Source: Alphaproteobacteria bacterium (GTDB lineage: Bacteria > Pseudomonadota > Alphaproteobacteria > JAAXGF01). Taken from it: DNA of 64,000 nt. Below, one piece after another: positions 22,038 through 32,948 of the stretch. Position 1 is the stretch's first letter, and each line of letters opens with the position of its first letter. Location: contig CAUVXB020000002.1 in the NCBI GenBank assembly GCA_963555825.3, forward strand, positions 1,984,001 to 2,048,000, in the 5' to 3' direction. The translations under genes were made by a program, and so were the position numbers. The notes below the pieces were generated by a model. That model was not told the origin of the DNA, made no database searches, and saw nothing but the letters and a program-made list of their open reading frames with translations.

Positions 22038-23036
22038 TTACGGTCGCAATAGGCCGACCAGCTCGCGTACCTCGGCCATGTGACGCCGGGCCATCTCCGC
22101 GGCGCGCGCGCCGCCGCGCTGGAGAACGCCGTCGATGAAGCCCGGATCGGCCATCAGACGCCGCATCTCGCCGCCGATCGGCTCGAGCACCGAGACCGCG
22201 AGGTCGGCGAGTTCGCGCTTGAAGCCCGAGAATTGCGCGCCGGCGAATTTCTCGCATACCGCCTCGGCCGAGATGCCAGCGAGCGCGGCGTAGATGCCGA
22301 TCAGGTTGGCGGCCTCGGCGCGGCCTTCGAGGCCCTCGGGGGTCGCCGGCAACGGTTCGGCGTCGGTGCGCGCCTTGCGCACCTTGAGCGCGATGGCTTC
22401 GGCGTCGTCGGTCAGGTTGATGCGCGAATAGTCCGACTGATCCGATTTCGACATCTTGGCGGCGCCGTCGCGCAGCGACATGACGCGCGTCGCGGCGCCG
22501 AAGATCTGCGGCTCGGGCAGCGGGAAGCATTCGACGCCGTAATGGCGGTTGAAAGCGCCGGCAATGTCGCGTGAAAGCTCCAGGTGCTGCTTCTGGTCGT
22601 CACCGACCGGCACGTGGGTCGCCTTGTACAAGAGGATATCGGCGGCCATCAGCACCGGATAGCCATAGAGCCCGAGACCCGCGTTCTCGCGGTGCTTGCC
22701 GGCCTTTTCCTTGAACTGGGTCATGCGGTTGAGCCAGCCGAGCGGCGTCATGCAGCCGAGGATCCAGGCGAGCTCCGAATGCTCGGCAACGGCGCTCTGG
22801 TTGAAGACGATGCAGCGCTCAGTGTCGACGCCCGCGGCGATCATGCCGGCGGTCACCTCGCGCACGTTGCGGCGCAGCTCGTCCGCGTCTTGCGGCAGGG
22901 TGATGGCGTGCAGATCGACGATGCAATAGATCGACTCGAAATCGTCCTGCAGCGACACCCAGTTGCGGATCGCGCCCAGATAGTTGCCGAGGTGCAGGTT
23001 GCCGGTCGGCTGAATGCCCGAGAAGATGCGGTTCAT
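22038..23036 (-). CDS. trpS: Tryptophanyl-tRNA synthetase
   Basis: [31 protein letters not shown]. Confidence 0.98.
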   Translation of the reverse strand: MNRIFSGIQPTGNLHLGNYLGAIRNWVSLQDDFESIYCIVDLHAITLPQDADELRRNVREVTAGMIAAGVDTERCIVFNQSAVAEHSELAWILGCMTPLGWLNRMTQFKEKAGKHRENAGLGLYGYPVLMAADILLYKATHVPVGDDQKQHLELSRDIAGAFNRHYGVECFPLPEPQIFGAATRVMSLRDGAAKMSKSDQSDYSRINLTDDAEAIALKVRKARTDAEPLPATPEGLEGRAEAANLIGIYAALAGISAEAVCEKFAGAQFSGFKRELADLAVSVLEPIGGEMRRLMADPGFIDGVLQRGGARAAEMARRHMAEVRELVGLLRP

Positions 23037-23096
23037 GGCTCGTTTTTCGGAGGTCGGGAAAATGCCGCGCCGTTATGGCGCGCCGGGTCGCCCGGG

Positions 23097-23384
23097 TCAA
23101 GCCGGCTGGTAGCGCTGAACCACGATCCCAGCCGACTTCGCACGCGCCTGCGCCAGATCGAAGGCAAGCTGCATCCGCATCAGATGTTCCATCTTGGGGC
23201 CAAAGGCCTTCTCGATGCGAATCGCCATTTCGGGCGACAGCGACGCCCTTCCGTTCAACAGCTTCGACAATGTCGGACGAGCCACACCCAACACATGTGC
23301 GGCATCCGTGACGCTCAGCCCCAGTGGCTCGATCATTTCGCGCCGGACAAGCACGCCGGGATGTGTCGGGGTCTTCATAGCCAT
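23097..23384 (-). CDS. higA: HigA antitoxin
   Basis: PTHPGVLVR..LSVTDAA..LSPEMAIRIEKAFG. Confidence 0.93.
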   Translation of the reverse strand: MAMKTPTHPGVLVRREMIEPLGLSVTDAAHVLGVARPTLSKLLNGRASLSPEMAIRIEKAFGPKMEHLMRMQLAFDLAQARAKSAGIVVQRYQPA

Positions 23385-23396
23385 GATGTGATCCTC

Positions 23397-23681
23397 CTAG
23401 TGATAGTCGATAAAATCGACGTCGAAGGCCTGCCCTTGATCGAAGCGAAATACGATCCGCCAGTTGCCGCTCACCGTGACGCTCCAAGAACCGCCGAGCC
23501 GCCCCTTGAGCCGATGCACGCGCCAACCGGGGAAGAGCGCGACCTCGGACGGACTTGAGGCTTCCTGAAGCGCCGTAAGAATATCCCTGATCTTCTCGAT
23601 CAGGCCGGCCGGAAGCCCGCGCGGATCGTCGTCGACATAGAAGCGTCGCAAGCCCTTGTGCCGAACCGTCGCGATGCTCAT
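23397..23681 (-). CDS. higB: HigB (RelE-like) toxin
   Basis: RHKGLRRFY, HRLKG, WSVTVSGNWRIVFRF, DYH C-terminus. Toxin-first gene order. Confidence 0.93.
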   Translation of the reverse strand: MSIATVRHKGLRRFYVDDDPRGLPAGLIEKIRDILTALQEASSPSEVALFPGWRVHRLKGRLGGSWSVTVSGNWRIVFRFDQGQAFDVDFIDYH

Positions 23682-23686
23682 CGGTG

Positions 23687-23715
23687 ATTGTCGTGCGTAA
23701 CGTTACACATGTCAA
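23687..23715 (-). promoter_or_regulatory. higBA sigma70-type promoter with palindromic operator
   Basis: TTGACA-N17-GACAAT ending 5 nt before the ATG. Palindrome GTAACGTTAC (23697-23706) lies in the spacer. Confidence 0.75.
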
Positions 23716-23761
23716 CAGGCGTGATGGAAATACGACCCAAGTCTCGGACACCTATGGTCTT

Positions 23762-25312
23762 TCAAGCTTGGTCGGCGCGGCTGAAATGGGCGCGCAATTC
23801 GCCGAGACGCGCCGCGCCGAGGACCTGCGCGGCGACGCCGTAGACGACCAGACCGGCGCCGACCAGAGCCGCCAGGGCGGCGGCGGCCTCGGCGGTCGAC
23901 CCGGCGAGCGGGCCTTCGAGCACGGTCGCGAGCGGCCACAATAGCGCCGCCATGACGGCGCTCGCGGCAGCGATGCGCGGCAGCCGGGCAGCCAGACGGG
24001 CGTCGATCTCGAGCGCGCCGCGACGCCGCAGGATAATCCAGAACACGACGGCGTGGAGCCACGCCGCGGCCGAGGTGGCGAGCGCGATGCCGACATAGCC
24101 GATGATTTGGAACAGCGCGAGGCTCAGCGCCGTGTTGGTGGCGACGACGATCAGCGTGACGCGGAACGGCGTCACCGTGTCCTCGCGCGCGAAGAAGCCG
24201 GGCGACAGCACCTTGACCAAGACGTAGGCGGGCAGGCCCAGCGAGAAGGCGAACAGCGCGCGCGCCGTCGCGTCGGTGTCGGCCGCGCTGAACGCGCCGC
24301 GCTCGAACAGCACCTGGACGATCGGCCAGGCGATCACCAGGAGCGCCGCCGTGGCCGGCAGGGTCAACAGCAGCGACACCTCGAGCGCGCGCGACTGGCT
24401 CTCCTTGGCGGCCGCCGCATCGCCGGCGCGCAGGCTGCGCGCGAGCATCGGCAGCAGCGCCGTGCCGACCGCGACGCCGACCACGCCGAGCGGCAGCTGA
24501 TAGACCCGGTCGGCGTAATAGAGCCAGGCGGCGGCGCCGGTCTGCAGGGTCGCGATCATAGTGCCGATTAAGAGGTTGAGCTGCAGCGCGCCGGCGGTGA
24601 AGGCGAGCGGCAGGATCAAGACGCCGAGCCGCCGAACCCCCGGCGTCAGCCGCGGCCGGGGCAGGGCGAGCGCCATGCCGGCGCGCCGGCAGGCGACGAT
24701 CATCATCAGGAACTGGGCGGCGCCCGCCGCGGCTACGCCCCAGACGAGCGCGTGTCCGGCGGCTTCCGGCGTGCCGATGAAGGCGAGCAGCACGCCGATC
24801 AATATGACGTTGAGCAGGATCGGCGCGGCAGCCGGCGCGACGAAGCGGTAGAGCGCGTTCAGGACACCGCCAAGCAACGCGACCAGCGCCATGAACAACA
24901 GATAGGGGAAGGCGATGCGCGCGAGATCGACGGCGAGCGCGAATTTGCCCGGCTCGTCGACGAAACCGGGCGCGATGACGACCATCAGCCACGGCATGGT
25001 GATCTCGACCAGCACGGTGAAGATCAAGAGCGCGCTGAGCAGCACGGCGAGCGTCTGTTCGGCGAAGGCCTTGGCGGCTGCCCGGCCCTCGGACTCGAGC
25101 CGACGCGAGAACAGCGGCACGAAGGCCGCCGCCAAGGCGCCCTCGGCGGCCAGCCGGCGGAACAGGTTGGGGAAGCGGAAGGCGACGACGAAGGCCTCGG
25201 CGACCGGCCCGGCGCCGAGCAGCGCGGCGATCAAGACGTCGCGCACGAAGCCCAGCACGCGGCTCGCCATGGTGTAGCCACCGACCGTGGCGGCGAAGCG
25301 GATCAGCGCCAT
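23762..25312 (-). CDS. murJ: Lipid II flippase MurJ
   Basis: SRVLGFVRD, AFRFPNLFRRL, YADRVYQLPLG. Confidence 0.97.
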   Translation of the reverse strand: MALIRFAATVGGYTMASRVLGFVRDVLIAALLGAGPVAEAFVVAFRFPNLFRRLAAEGALAAAFVPLFSRRLESEGRAAAKAFAEQTLAVLLSALLIFTVLVEITMPWLMVVIAPGFVDEPGKFALAVDLARIAFPYLLFMALVALLGGVLNALYRFVAPAAAPILLNVILIGVLLAFIGTPEAAGHALVWGVAAAGAAQFLMMIVACRRAGMALALPRPRLTPGVRRLGVLILPLAFTAGALQLNLLIGTMIATLQTGAAAWLYYADRVYQLPLGVVGVAVGTALLPMLARSLRAGDAAAAKESQSRALEVSLLLTLPATAALLVIAWPIVQVLFERGAFSAADTDATARALFAFSLGLPAYVLVKVLSPGFFAREDTVTPFRVTLIVVATNTALSLALFQIIGYVGIALATSAAAWLHAVVFWIILRRRGALEIDARLAARLPRIAAASAVMAALLWPLATVLEGPLAGSTAEAAAALAALVGAGLVVYGVAAQVLGAARLGELRAHFSRADQA

Positions 25313-25363
25313 GGCCGCGTCACATCGGAATTCCGTGGCCGAAGAAAGGCGGGCACGGGCGCG

Positions 25364-28126
25364 TTATTCGGCCGCATCGGCCTTGCCCGGCGCGGCGCCG
25401 GGCTCGGCGAGCGCGTCGAGCAGGCGTTCGCGCAGCGTGGTAAGCTTGCCCTCATGGGTGATCTTCAGGCCGAAGACGTCCTTGAGGTAGAAGACGTCGA
25501 CGGCGCGCTCACCGTGGGTCGAGACATGCGCCGTGACGATCGAGAGCGCGAGGTCGGCGAGCGCCTTGGTGACGTCGTGCAGGAGCCCCGGCCGGTCGCG
25601 GCCGTTGACCTCGATACGCGTGTGGCGCGTGCTCGCGGCATTGTCGATCAACACGCGCGGCGCCACCGTGAAGGCCGCCGCGGCGCGGCTCGACAGCGTG
25701 CGCCGGCCGGCGAGTTCGGCGCCCGGGTCGAGCCGGCCGCTCAGCGCCGCCTCGACCAACGCCGAAAGCTTGGCCAGCCGATCGGGCCGCTCGACCGGGT
25801 TGCCCTCGACGTCGTGCACCCAGAAGACGTCGAGCGCCATGCCGTCGGCGGTGGTGTAGATGCTGGCGTTGACGATCGAGGCGCCGGCCAGCGCCATGGC
25901 GCCGCAGACCTTCGAGAACAAGCCGTGCTGGTCGGGCGTGAACAGCGTCACTTCGGTGATCGAATGGCGCGCATTGACGCGGGTATCGAGCGTCACCGCG
26001 TCGCCCGCCGCCTCGGCGGCGCGCATCAGCCGCGCGTGATGGGCATGGCCGGCAGCGTCGAAGCTGAGCCAGTAGGGCGCATAGAGGCGCTCGATGTGGC
26101 GCTCGATGTCATGTTGCGGCCAGTCGGCGAGCTCGGCGCGCAGATCGTCCTTCGCGGCGGCGACGCGGTGGCGCTTGGCTTCCGCCGCGTGGCCGCCCGA
26201 CATGACCTCGAGCGCGCGGTAGTAGAGCTGGCGCAAGAGCGCGCCCTTCCATGCACTCCAGACGTTGGGACCGACCGCGCGGATGTCGGCCGCAGACAAC
26301 ACCAGTAACAATTTGAGCCGCTCGGGCGACTGCACTTGGGCGACGAAATCGTCGATCGTCTTTGGCTCGTTGAGGTCGCGCTTGAAGGCGATGCGGGCGA
26401 ACAGCAGATGATAGCGCACCAGCCAGGCGACGGTCTCGGTCTCGGACGGCTCGAAGCCGAGCCGGGCGCCCAGCTTGTCGGCGATCTCGGCGCCGATCTC
26501 GGAGTGGTCGCCGCCGCGCCCCTTGGCGATGTCGTGCAGGAACACGGCGAGGTAGAGCACGCGCCGCGACAGTACCTGGTGGATGATCTCGGTCGCCAGC
26601 GGCAGCTCGTCGGCCAGCTCGCCGCGCTCGATGCCGGCGAGCACGCCGACCGCGCGGATGGTGTGCTCGTCGACCGTGTAGACATGGTACATGTCGTGCT
26701 GCATCTGGGCGACGACGCGGCCGAAATCGGTCACGAAGCGGCCAAGCACGCCGGCCTCGTTCATGCGCCGGAGCGCGGTTTCCGGATCCTTGCGCGAGGT
26801 CAGCATCTCGACGAACAGGCGGTTGGCTTGCGGATCGGCGCGCAGATCCGCGTCGATGCGTTTGAGGTTCTGCGTGATCAGGCGCAACACACTCGGATGG
26901 ATGTCGAGGTCGTGTTTGTCGGCTGAGTGGAACAGCCGCAGCATCGCCGCCGGGTCGCGCGCAAAGACGTCGTCGGCCGGCACGCCAAGCCGGCCGCCTT
27001 CGACCGCGAAGCCGTCGATCTCGCGCCGACCGAACCCGGCGCGCGCCAGCCTCGGCCGCGTCGAGACGTGCAGTTCGGCCTCGATCGCGGCGCAGAAGAT
27101 GCGCGTCAGGTCGCCGACCTCCTTGGCGACCAGGAAATAGTGCTTCATGAAGCGCTCGACGCCGCTCGCCCCGGCGCGGTCGGTATAGCGCATGCGGCGG
27201 CCGATCTCGGGCTGGACGTCGAAGGTCAGACGCTCCTCGCCGCGTCCCGCCAGGTAGTGCAGATGGCAGCGCAGGGTAGCCAGGAACTCAGGCGCCTTGG
27301 CGAACTTGACGCGCTCGCGGCGGCCCAGCACGCCGCGCGCGACCAGCGCGTCGACGTCGTCGACCCGGTAGACGTATTTGGCGATCCAATAGAGCGTCTG
27401 CAGGTCGCGCAGGCCGCCCTTGCCCTCCTTGATGTTGGGCTCCAGCACGTAGCGCGAATTGCCCATGCGCCGATGGCGGCGCTGGCGCTCGTCGAGTTTG
27501 GCGGCGACGAACTCGGGCGCCGTGCGGGCGACCAGCTCGTCGGTGAAGCGGCGGCGCAGCTCGTCGAACAGCGTGGCGTCACCGGCGACCGCGCGCGATT
27601 CCAAGAGCGCCGTGCGAATCGTCATGTCGTGGCGCGCGCGGCCCAGGCATTCGCCCGGCGTGCGGGTCGCGTGGCCTACCTTCAAGCCCAGGTCCCACAG
27701 CATGTACAGCGTGTATTCGATGACCTGTTCGATCCACGGCGTCTCCTTGTAGGGCAGCAGGAACAGCAGATCGACGTCGGAGTAGGGCGCCAGCTCGCCG
27801 CGGCCATAGCCGCCGACCGCGACCACCGCGATGCGCTCGCCGGTCGTGCGGTTGGCGCTCGGAAATACCGTCCCGGCGGCGAAGTCGAAGATCGCGCCGA
27901 CCAGGGCGTCGACCAGGCGGCAGTTGGCGGCGAGCACGGCCGAGCCCGGCGCGCCGGCCTCGAAGTCGCGCCGCACCGCCGCGTGGCCCACGGCCAGGAC
28001 GTCCTTGAGCCGCGCCAGCACCACCGCGCGCGCCGCCTCGGCGCCCGTGTCCTCGGCGATGTCGGCGAGTTCGTCGGTCAACGCCGCGCGCTCGAGGGCC
28101 GGGGAGGTCATGGCATTGGCATCCAT
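25364..28126 (-). CDS. glnD: PII uridylyltransferase/uridylyl-removing enzyme
   Basis: AVGGYGRGELAPYSDVDL, KEGKGGLRD, HVYTVDEH, LHDIAKG, two ACT domains. Confidence 0.97.
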   Translation of the reverse strand: MDANAMTSPALERAALTDELADIAEDTGAEAARAVVLARLKDVLAVGHAAVRRDFEAGAPGSAVLAANCRLVDALVGAIFDFAAGTVFPSANRTTGERIAVVAVGGYGRGELAPYSDVDLLFLLPYKETPWIEQVIEYTLYMLWDLGLKVGHATRTPGECLGRARHDMTIRTALLESRAVAGDATLFDELRRRFTDELVARTAPEFVAAKLDERQRRHRRMGNSRYVLEPNIKEGKGGLRDLQTLYWIAKYVYRVDDVDALVARGVLGRRERVKFAKAPEFLATLRCHLHYLAGRGEERLTFDVQPEIGRRMRYTDRAGASGVERFMKHYFLVAKEVGDLTRIFCAAIEAELHVSTRPRLARAGFGRREIDGFAVEGGRLGVPADDVFARDPAAMLRLFHSADKHDLDIHPSVLRLITQNLKRIDADLRADPQANRLFVEMLTSRKDPETALRRMNEAGVLGRFVTDFGRVVAQMQHDMYHVYTVDEHTIRAVGVLAGIERGELADELPLATEIIHQVLSRRVLYLAVFLHDIAKGRGGDHSEIGAEIADKLGARLGFEPSETETVAWLVRYHLLFARIAFKRDLNEPKTIDDFVAQVQSPERLKLLLVLSAADIRAVGPNVWSAWKGALLRQLYYRALEVMSGGHAAEAKRHRVAAAKDDLRAELADWPQHDIERHIERLYAPYWLSFDAAGHAHHARLMRAAEAAGDAVTLDTRVNARHSITEVTLFTPDQHGLFSKVCGAMALAGASIVNASIYTTADGMALDVFWVHDVEGNPVERPDRLAKLSALVEAALSGRLDPGAELAGRRTLSSRAAAAFTVAPRVLIDNAASTRHTRIEVNGRDRPGLLHDVTKALADLALSIVTAHVSTHGERAVDVFYLKDVFGLKITHEGKLTTLRERLLDALAEPGAAPGKADAAE

Positions 28127-28131
28127 GGCGC

Positions 28132-30834
28132 TCAATTGCCTTGCTCGGCGAGCGTTTTCAACCGATAGATCAATTCCAGCGCATCGCGCGGCGACAGCTC
28201 GTCGGGCGCGATCTCGGCGAGCACATCCTCGAGCACGCTCCGCGCGGCCGGCGAGACCGGCTGATCGAGCACGGCGGAGAACAGCGGCAGGTCGTCGGCG
28301 AGGCGCGCCAGCGCGCCCGATTGCTCGCCTTGTTCGAGCGTCTCGAGGATATGCTCGGCGCGCGCCACCACGGCCAGCGGCAGGCCGGCCAGGCGGCCGA
28401 CGTGGATGCCGTAGGAGCGGTCGGCGGCGCCCGGCGCGACCTCGTAGAGAAAAATCACCTCGCCGCGCCATTCCTTGACCCGCATCGAGTGGCAGGCGAG
28501 CGCGGCGTGGCGCGCGGCGAGCGCGGTGAGTTCGTGGTAGTGCGTCGCGAACAGCGTGCGGCAGCGGTTGACGTCGTGCAGGTGCTCGACCGTCGCCCAG
28601 GCGATCGAGAGGCCGTCGAAGGTCGCCGTGCCGCGGCCGATCTCGTCGAGGATGACCAGCGACCGTTCGCCCGCCTGGTTGAGGATCGCCGCGGTCTCGA
28701 CCATCTCGACCATGAAGGTCGAGCGGCCGCGCGCCAGGTCGTCGGCCGCGCCGACCCGGCTGAACAATCGGTCGACGACGCCGATATGGGCGCTCGCGGC
28801 GGGCACGAACGCGCCGCTCTGCGCGAGGATCGCGATCAGCGCGTTCTGGCGCAGGAACGTGCTCTTGCCCGCCATGTTCGGCCCGGTGACCAGCCACAGG
28901 CGGCGCTCGGGGCCGAGATCGCAGGCGTTGGCGACGAAACCCGCAGGCCCGCCCTCGCCGCCCGCCGCCAGCGCCTCGACGACCGGGTGGCGGCCGCCCG
29001 CGATTTCGAAGGCGAGACTGTCGTCAACCACGGGCCGAGTGTAGTCGCGTTCGACCGCCAGCGCCGCCAGCGCTGTCGCCAGATCGATGCCGGCGAGCGA
29101 CCGGGCGCATGCGGCGATCTCGTCGGCGCGCGCGGTGACCTCGCCGACCAGGTTCTCGAACAGCTCGAGCTCGAGCGCCAGCGCGCGCTCGGCGGCGCTC
29201 CTGATCTTGTTCTCGAGCGCACCCAGCTCAACCGTGGTGTAGCGCACCGCGCCGGCCAGCGTCTGGCGGTGGATGAAGCTCTCGGTCACCTTGTCGGCGT
29301 TGGTCGGCGTGACCTCGACGAAATAGCCGAGCACGTTGTTGTGGCGCACCTTGAGCGAGGCGACGCTGGTGTCGGCGCGGTAGCGCGCCTCGAGCTCGGT
29401 CAACAGCCGGCGGCTCTCGTCGCGCAGCGTGATCAGCTCGTCGAGCTCGGGCGCGTAGCCCTGCGCGATGAAGCCGCCGTCGCGCGCGATCAGCGGCGGC
29501 TCGGGGCGCAGCGCGCGGGCCAGGCGGTCGACCAGCGTGTCGTGGTGACCGAGCCCGCTATCGAGCGCGGTGAGCGCCTCGGGCGGTGCCGCCAGCCCGC
29601 CGCCGGCGAGCGCGCCGTGGACCAGCGCCGATTGCGCCAACGCGTCGCGCACCGCGCCGAGATCGCGCGGCCCGCCGCGCCCCACGGTCAGTCGCGACAG
29701 CGCGCGCTCGATGTCGGGGCAGCGCGCCAGCAGGCCGCGCAGCTCGTCGCGCAGCCGGGCGTCGGCGACGAAGTAGGCGACCGCGTCGAGCCGGCGGTTG
29801 ATCTCGGCCACCTCGGTCAGCGGCGCGGCGAAGCGGGCGGCCAGGAGGCGCGCGCCGGCGCCCGAGATGGTCCGGTCGATGACGCTCAGCAGACTGCCGG
29901 CGCGCTCGCCCGAGAGCGTCGCGGTCAGCTCGAGATTGCGCCGCGTCGCCGCGTCGATCGACATCGCGGCGCCGGCCGGCGCGAGGCGCGGCGGCGCGAG
30001 GCGCGGCATCTGGCCCTTCTGGGTCAGCGCGACGTAATCGATCAGCGCGCCGCAGGCGCCGAGCTCGGCGCGGCCATAGGCGCCGAAGGCGTCGAGCGCG
30101 GCGACCTTGAACAGCGCCTTGAGGCGGCGTTCGCCCGACGCCGAATCGAAACGCGCGGCGGGCAACGGCGTCAGCACGCGCTTCCACTCGGTGAAGACGT
30201 CGTACAATGCCGGCTGCTCGAGCAAGCTGTCGGCGACCAGCAATTCGCCGGGCTGTAGCCGCGCGAGCTCGGCGGCGAGGCCGACGGAAGCGACCGGCTG
30301 GACGCCGAACTCGCCGGTCGAGACATCGAGCCAGGCGAGCGCGAACGCAGTGCCGGCGCGCCCGATGGCGGCCAGATAATTGTGCCGGCGCGGGTCGAGG
30401 AGGGTGTCCTCGGTGAGCGTGCCGGCAGTCACGACGCGCACCACGGCGCGCTTGACGAGCGACTTGGAACCCCGCTTGCGCGCCTCCGCCGGCGCCTCGA
30501 CCTGCTCGCCGATGGCGACCTTGAAACCCTTGCGCGTGAGCCGCGCGAGATAGCCTTCGGCGGCATGCACCGGCACGCCGCACATCGGTATGTCGGCGCC
30601 GTCGTGCTTGCCGCGCTTGGTCAGCGTGATGTCGAGCGCGGCGGCCGCGGCGACCGCATCGTCGAAGAACAGCTCGTAGAAGTCGCCCATGCGGTAGAAC
30701 AGCAGCACGTCGGGGTGGGCGCGCTTGATCTCGAGGTACTGCGCCATCATGCGCGTCGCGCCCTCGGGCTTGGGCGGCGGCGCGGTCTCGGCATCGGCGC
30801 CGGTGACGGCGGCATCGGGGGCGGACGGCGGCAC
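28132..30834 (-). CDS. mutS: DNA mismatch repair protein MutS
   Basis: [42 protein letters not shown]. Start approximate. Confidence 0.98.
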   Translation of the reverse strand: MPPSAPDAAVTGADAETAPPPKPEGATRMMAQYLEIKRAHPDVLLFYRMGDFYELFFDDAVAAAAALDITLTKRGKHDGADIPMCGVPVHAAEGYLARLTRKGFKVAIGEQVEAPAEARKRGSKSLVKRAVVRVVTAGTLTEDTLLDPRRHNYLAAIGRAGTAFALAWLDVSTGEFGVQPVASVGLAAELARLQPGELLVADSLLEQPALYDVFTEWKRVLTPLPAARFDSASGERRLKALFKVAALDAFGAYGRAELGACGALIDYVALTQKGQMPRLAPPRLAPAGAAMSIDAATRRNLELTATLSGERAGSLLSVIDRTISGAGARLLAARFAAPLTEVAEINRRLDAVAYFVADARLRDELRGLLARCPDIERALSRLTVGRGGPRDLGAVRDALAQSALVHGALAGGGLAAPPEALTALDSGLGHHDTLVDRLARALRPEPPLIARDGGFIAQGYAPELDELITLRDESRRLLTELEARYRADTSVASLKVRHNNVLGYFVEVTPTNADKVTESFIHRQTLAGAVRYTTVELGALENKIRSAAERALALELELFENLVGEVTARADEIAACARSLAGIDLATALAALAVERDYTRPVVDDSLAFEIAGGRHPVVEALAAGGEGGPAGFVANACDLGPERRLWLVTGPNMAGKSTFLRQNALIAILAQSGAFVPAASAHIGVVDRLFSRVGAADDLARGRSTFMVEMVETAAILNQAGERSLVILDEIGRGTATFDGLSIAWATVEHLHDVNRCRTLFATHYHELTALAARHAALACHSMRVKEWRGEVIFLYEVAPGAADRSYGIHVGRLAGLPLAVVARAEHILETLEQGEQSGALARLADDLPLFSAVLDQPVSPAARSVLEDVLAEIAPDELSPRDALELIYRLKTLAEQGN

Positions 30835-30996
30835 GGGCGGGCATTCCTCCGGGTGGAAATCGCGCCCAAAGCTAGCACATCGCGCGCATCGCGCGCATCG
30901 CGCGTAGACGCGCGCCCGATCGGCGCACGTCACGGCGGTGTCTCGGTTTGAAATTCTGTCGAAACAAAGCCCGGAACACCGGTTTATCAGCGGATC

Positions 30997-31072
30997 ATGC
31001 CCGGTTTTCGCTCGTAGGCGGACTCAGCGTGCCTGCGCTGCCGAGGGCGGCTTGTGGCCCGAAGCAGACATT
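30997..31072 (-). repeat. Bipartite palindromic island-boundary site, copy 1
   Basis: Minus strand AATGTCTGCTTCGGGCCACAAGCCGCCC-N20-AGTCCGCCTACGAGCGAAAACCGGGCAT. Confidence 0.75.
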
Positions 31073-31124
31073 GGTGAAGCCCGACTTCGTACCTGAGATT
31101 ATGCGCCGGACAGACCCGATGTCT

Positions 31125-31922
31125 CTACGTTGGCTTGTTAGCGCGCAGCTGGACAAGGCAGATTTCCCCCCTATCTGCCATCACTTCTATCTGTCGCCAA
31201 TTCGAGAGCCATCTCTCAGCCACCGCCTCGTCGAACGCCTCGATGAGCCGATCTCTGACGGTGCCGGCTTCCATTCGCTCGACGTCCGCCCGCAGAATTT
31301 CAAGGAACCATTGTTGATGATCCCGCACGACGATATCGGTAAATCCGGCTTGCTTAAGCGCGCCTCTCGTTTCATCCGCCGTCGCCCAGTTGAAGGTAAG
31401 ACCGCCACCCTCCAGAAATGTCACCATCTCTGCTGAGAACGGACCGTCGTCTCCGCGCAACCAATCGTTGGCTGCAAGCGTCCCTCCCGGCCGGAGTACG
31501 CGGAAAATGTCGGCAAAGAGCGTCGGCTTATTCGGGATTTGGAGAAAGACCCCCATGCTGAACACCACATCAAAGCTCGCGCCCGCAAAGGGAAATGGGC
31601 CTGGTTCGACGATTTCGTACGTGATGCGATCCGAGACGCCTCGCTTCGTTGCCAATTGGCGGGATCGCTCGGCCTGTTCGGCCTGAACATCAATAGAGAC
31701 GATTTTCCCGGCGCCGTGGTTTGCCGCAAGTGCAACCGAGGGGCCTCCGAGTCCGGAACCGATATCGAGAATGGTTCGTCCAGACAGGTCTATCCCTTCG
31801 ACCACGGATGCGACCTCTCCGTCACCGCCTGGGGACATCCAGCCTTCACCCCACACAATCGCATGGCAGATGAGATGCTCCTCGGTGTATTCACCGCTGG
31901 TGTCCGCCATCTTCTCATCCAT
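31125..31922 (-). CDS. Class I SAM-dependent N-methyltransferase (phosphoethanolamine/sarcosine-MT-like)
   Basis: WGEGWMSPGG, ILDIGSGLGG, FDVVFS, RVLRPGG. Confidence 0.85.
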   Translation of the reverse strand: MDEKMADTSGEYTEEHLICHAIVWGEGWMSPGGDGEVASVVEGIDLSGRTILDIGSGLGGPSVALAANHGAGKIVSIDVQAEQAERSRQLATKRGVSDRITYEIVEPGPFPFAGASFDVVFSMGVFLQIPNKPTLFADIFRVLRPGGTLAANDWLRGDDGPFSAEMVTFLEGGGLTFNWATADETRGALKQAGFTDIVVRDHQQWFLEILRADVERMEAGTVRDRLIEAFDEAVAERWLSNWRQIEVMADRGEICLVQLRANKPT

Positions 31923-31959
31923 TCCGCTTCGCAAGGCCTGAACACACATTCGTACTCTT

Positions 31960-32163
31960 ATCCCGGATGATCCCATCACCATGATCCGGGGCGATACACT
32001 GCCCGGCTTCGAGGGCGCGTTGGTGCCCGCGCCGCCGGGCGAGAGCGGTTGGGGCATCATTTACAACAGCGCGATTAGCTCGCCGGGCCGAATTAATTTT
32101 ACGCTCGGGCATGAGTTTGGTCATTACTTGCTGCACCGCATCGCCTACCCGAAGGGGTTTCAC
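31960..32163 (+). pseudogene. Internal fragment of an ImmA/IrrE-family metallopeptidase
   Basis: PDDPITMIRGDTLPGFEGAL..WGIIYN..GRINFTLGHEFGHYLLHR (HExxH). No plausible N- or C-terminus. Confidence 0.7.
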
Positions 32164-32217
32164 CGCCTAAGACCCTCTCGTCACCTCGTAACGGCGCCTT
32201 CGCACCGTTCGTGCGAC

Positions 32218-32610
32218 CTACTCCTCAAAGCGACCCGTGGCGTCACGATCGCGGTCGTATCGTCTCGTGAGCGGAAACGGCGGCAACCAGGACTCGCGAC
32301 GGACGATCCAGCTTTCGTAGGTTGGCATCAGTTGGTCAGGGGCATCCAGGGATACTAAGTTCACTTCGATTTCGTCTGCGCTGCGTGCGAAAATGGACGA
32401 GCCGCAGCGGGGACAGAACAACCGCCCGACGTAGTCGCGTGTTTCGCCATCGATCGTCACCGCATCCTGAGGGAACACCGCGGAAGCGTGAAAAAGGGCC
32501 CCATGATGCTTGCGGCAGTCGAGACAGTGACAAAGGCCGACCCGGTATGGGAGTCCCGACGCCACAATTCGGACGTTGCCGCACAGGCAACCGCCGGTGA
32601 ATCGGTCCAT
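32218..32610 (-). CDS. GFA/CENP-V family zinc protein
   Basis: GGCLCGNVR, CHCLDCRK, FCPRCGS. Confidence 0.92.
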   Translation of the reverse strand: MDRFTGGCLCGNVRIVASGLPYRVGLCHCLDCRKHHGALFHASAVFPQDAVTIDGETRDYVGRLFCPRCGSSIFARSADEIEVNLVSLDAPDQLMPTYESWIVRRESWLPPFPLTRRYDRDRDATGRFEE

Positions 32611-32948
32611 GCTGCGTCTCCTCTAAAATCAAGCGGTCGGAATGGTTACAACGAACAGCACTGTCATTGCAATTGCCCGCTGCGGGCGACTTGCGACCCA
32701 GACTGTGTAAAAACGCCGGCAAATACCACTAACAGGAGAGTGTCAAGTCAATTCTTCTATAGAGCCCTCATGATAAGATGTTGATTTGGTCGAACCTACA
32801 AATTCGAGAATTCAGAGAAAATCGTGCCAATAGCGCTCGGGGGCGGTTTTTACACATGGCGTAACTCGGGGATCGGGCACTGCTCTCCTTAATGTAGCAA
32901 CGACCGGCATGGGCCGGGCGAGCACACTGAAAGAGCAGGAGAGCAGCT

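Noticed and set aside
30878-30905. (CATCGCGCG)x3 upstream of mutS
   Set aside because: Short GC-rich microrepeat upstream of the likely start, with no evidence of function.
30997-31072. Boundary palindromes as integron attC or dif sites
   Set aside because: No RYYYAAC/GTTRRRY ends, no XerD arm TTATGTTAAAT and no intI. Reported instead as an unassigned family.
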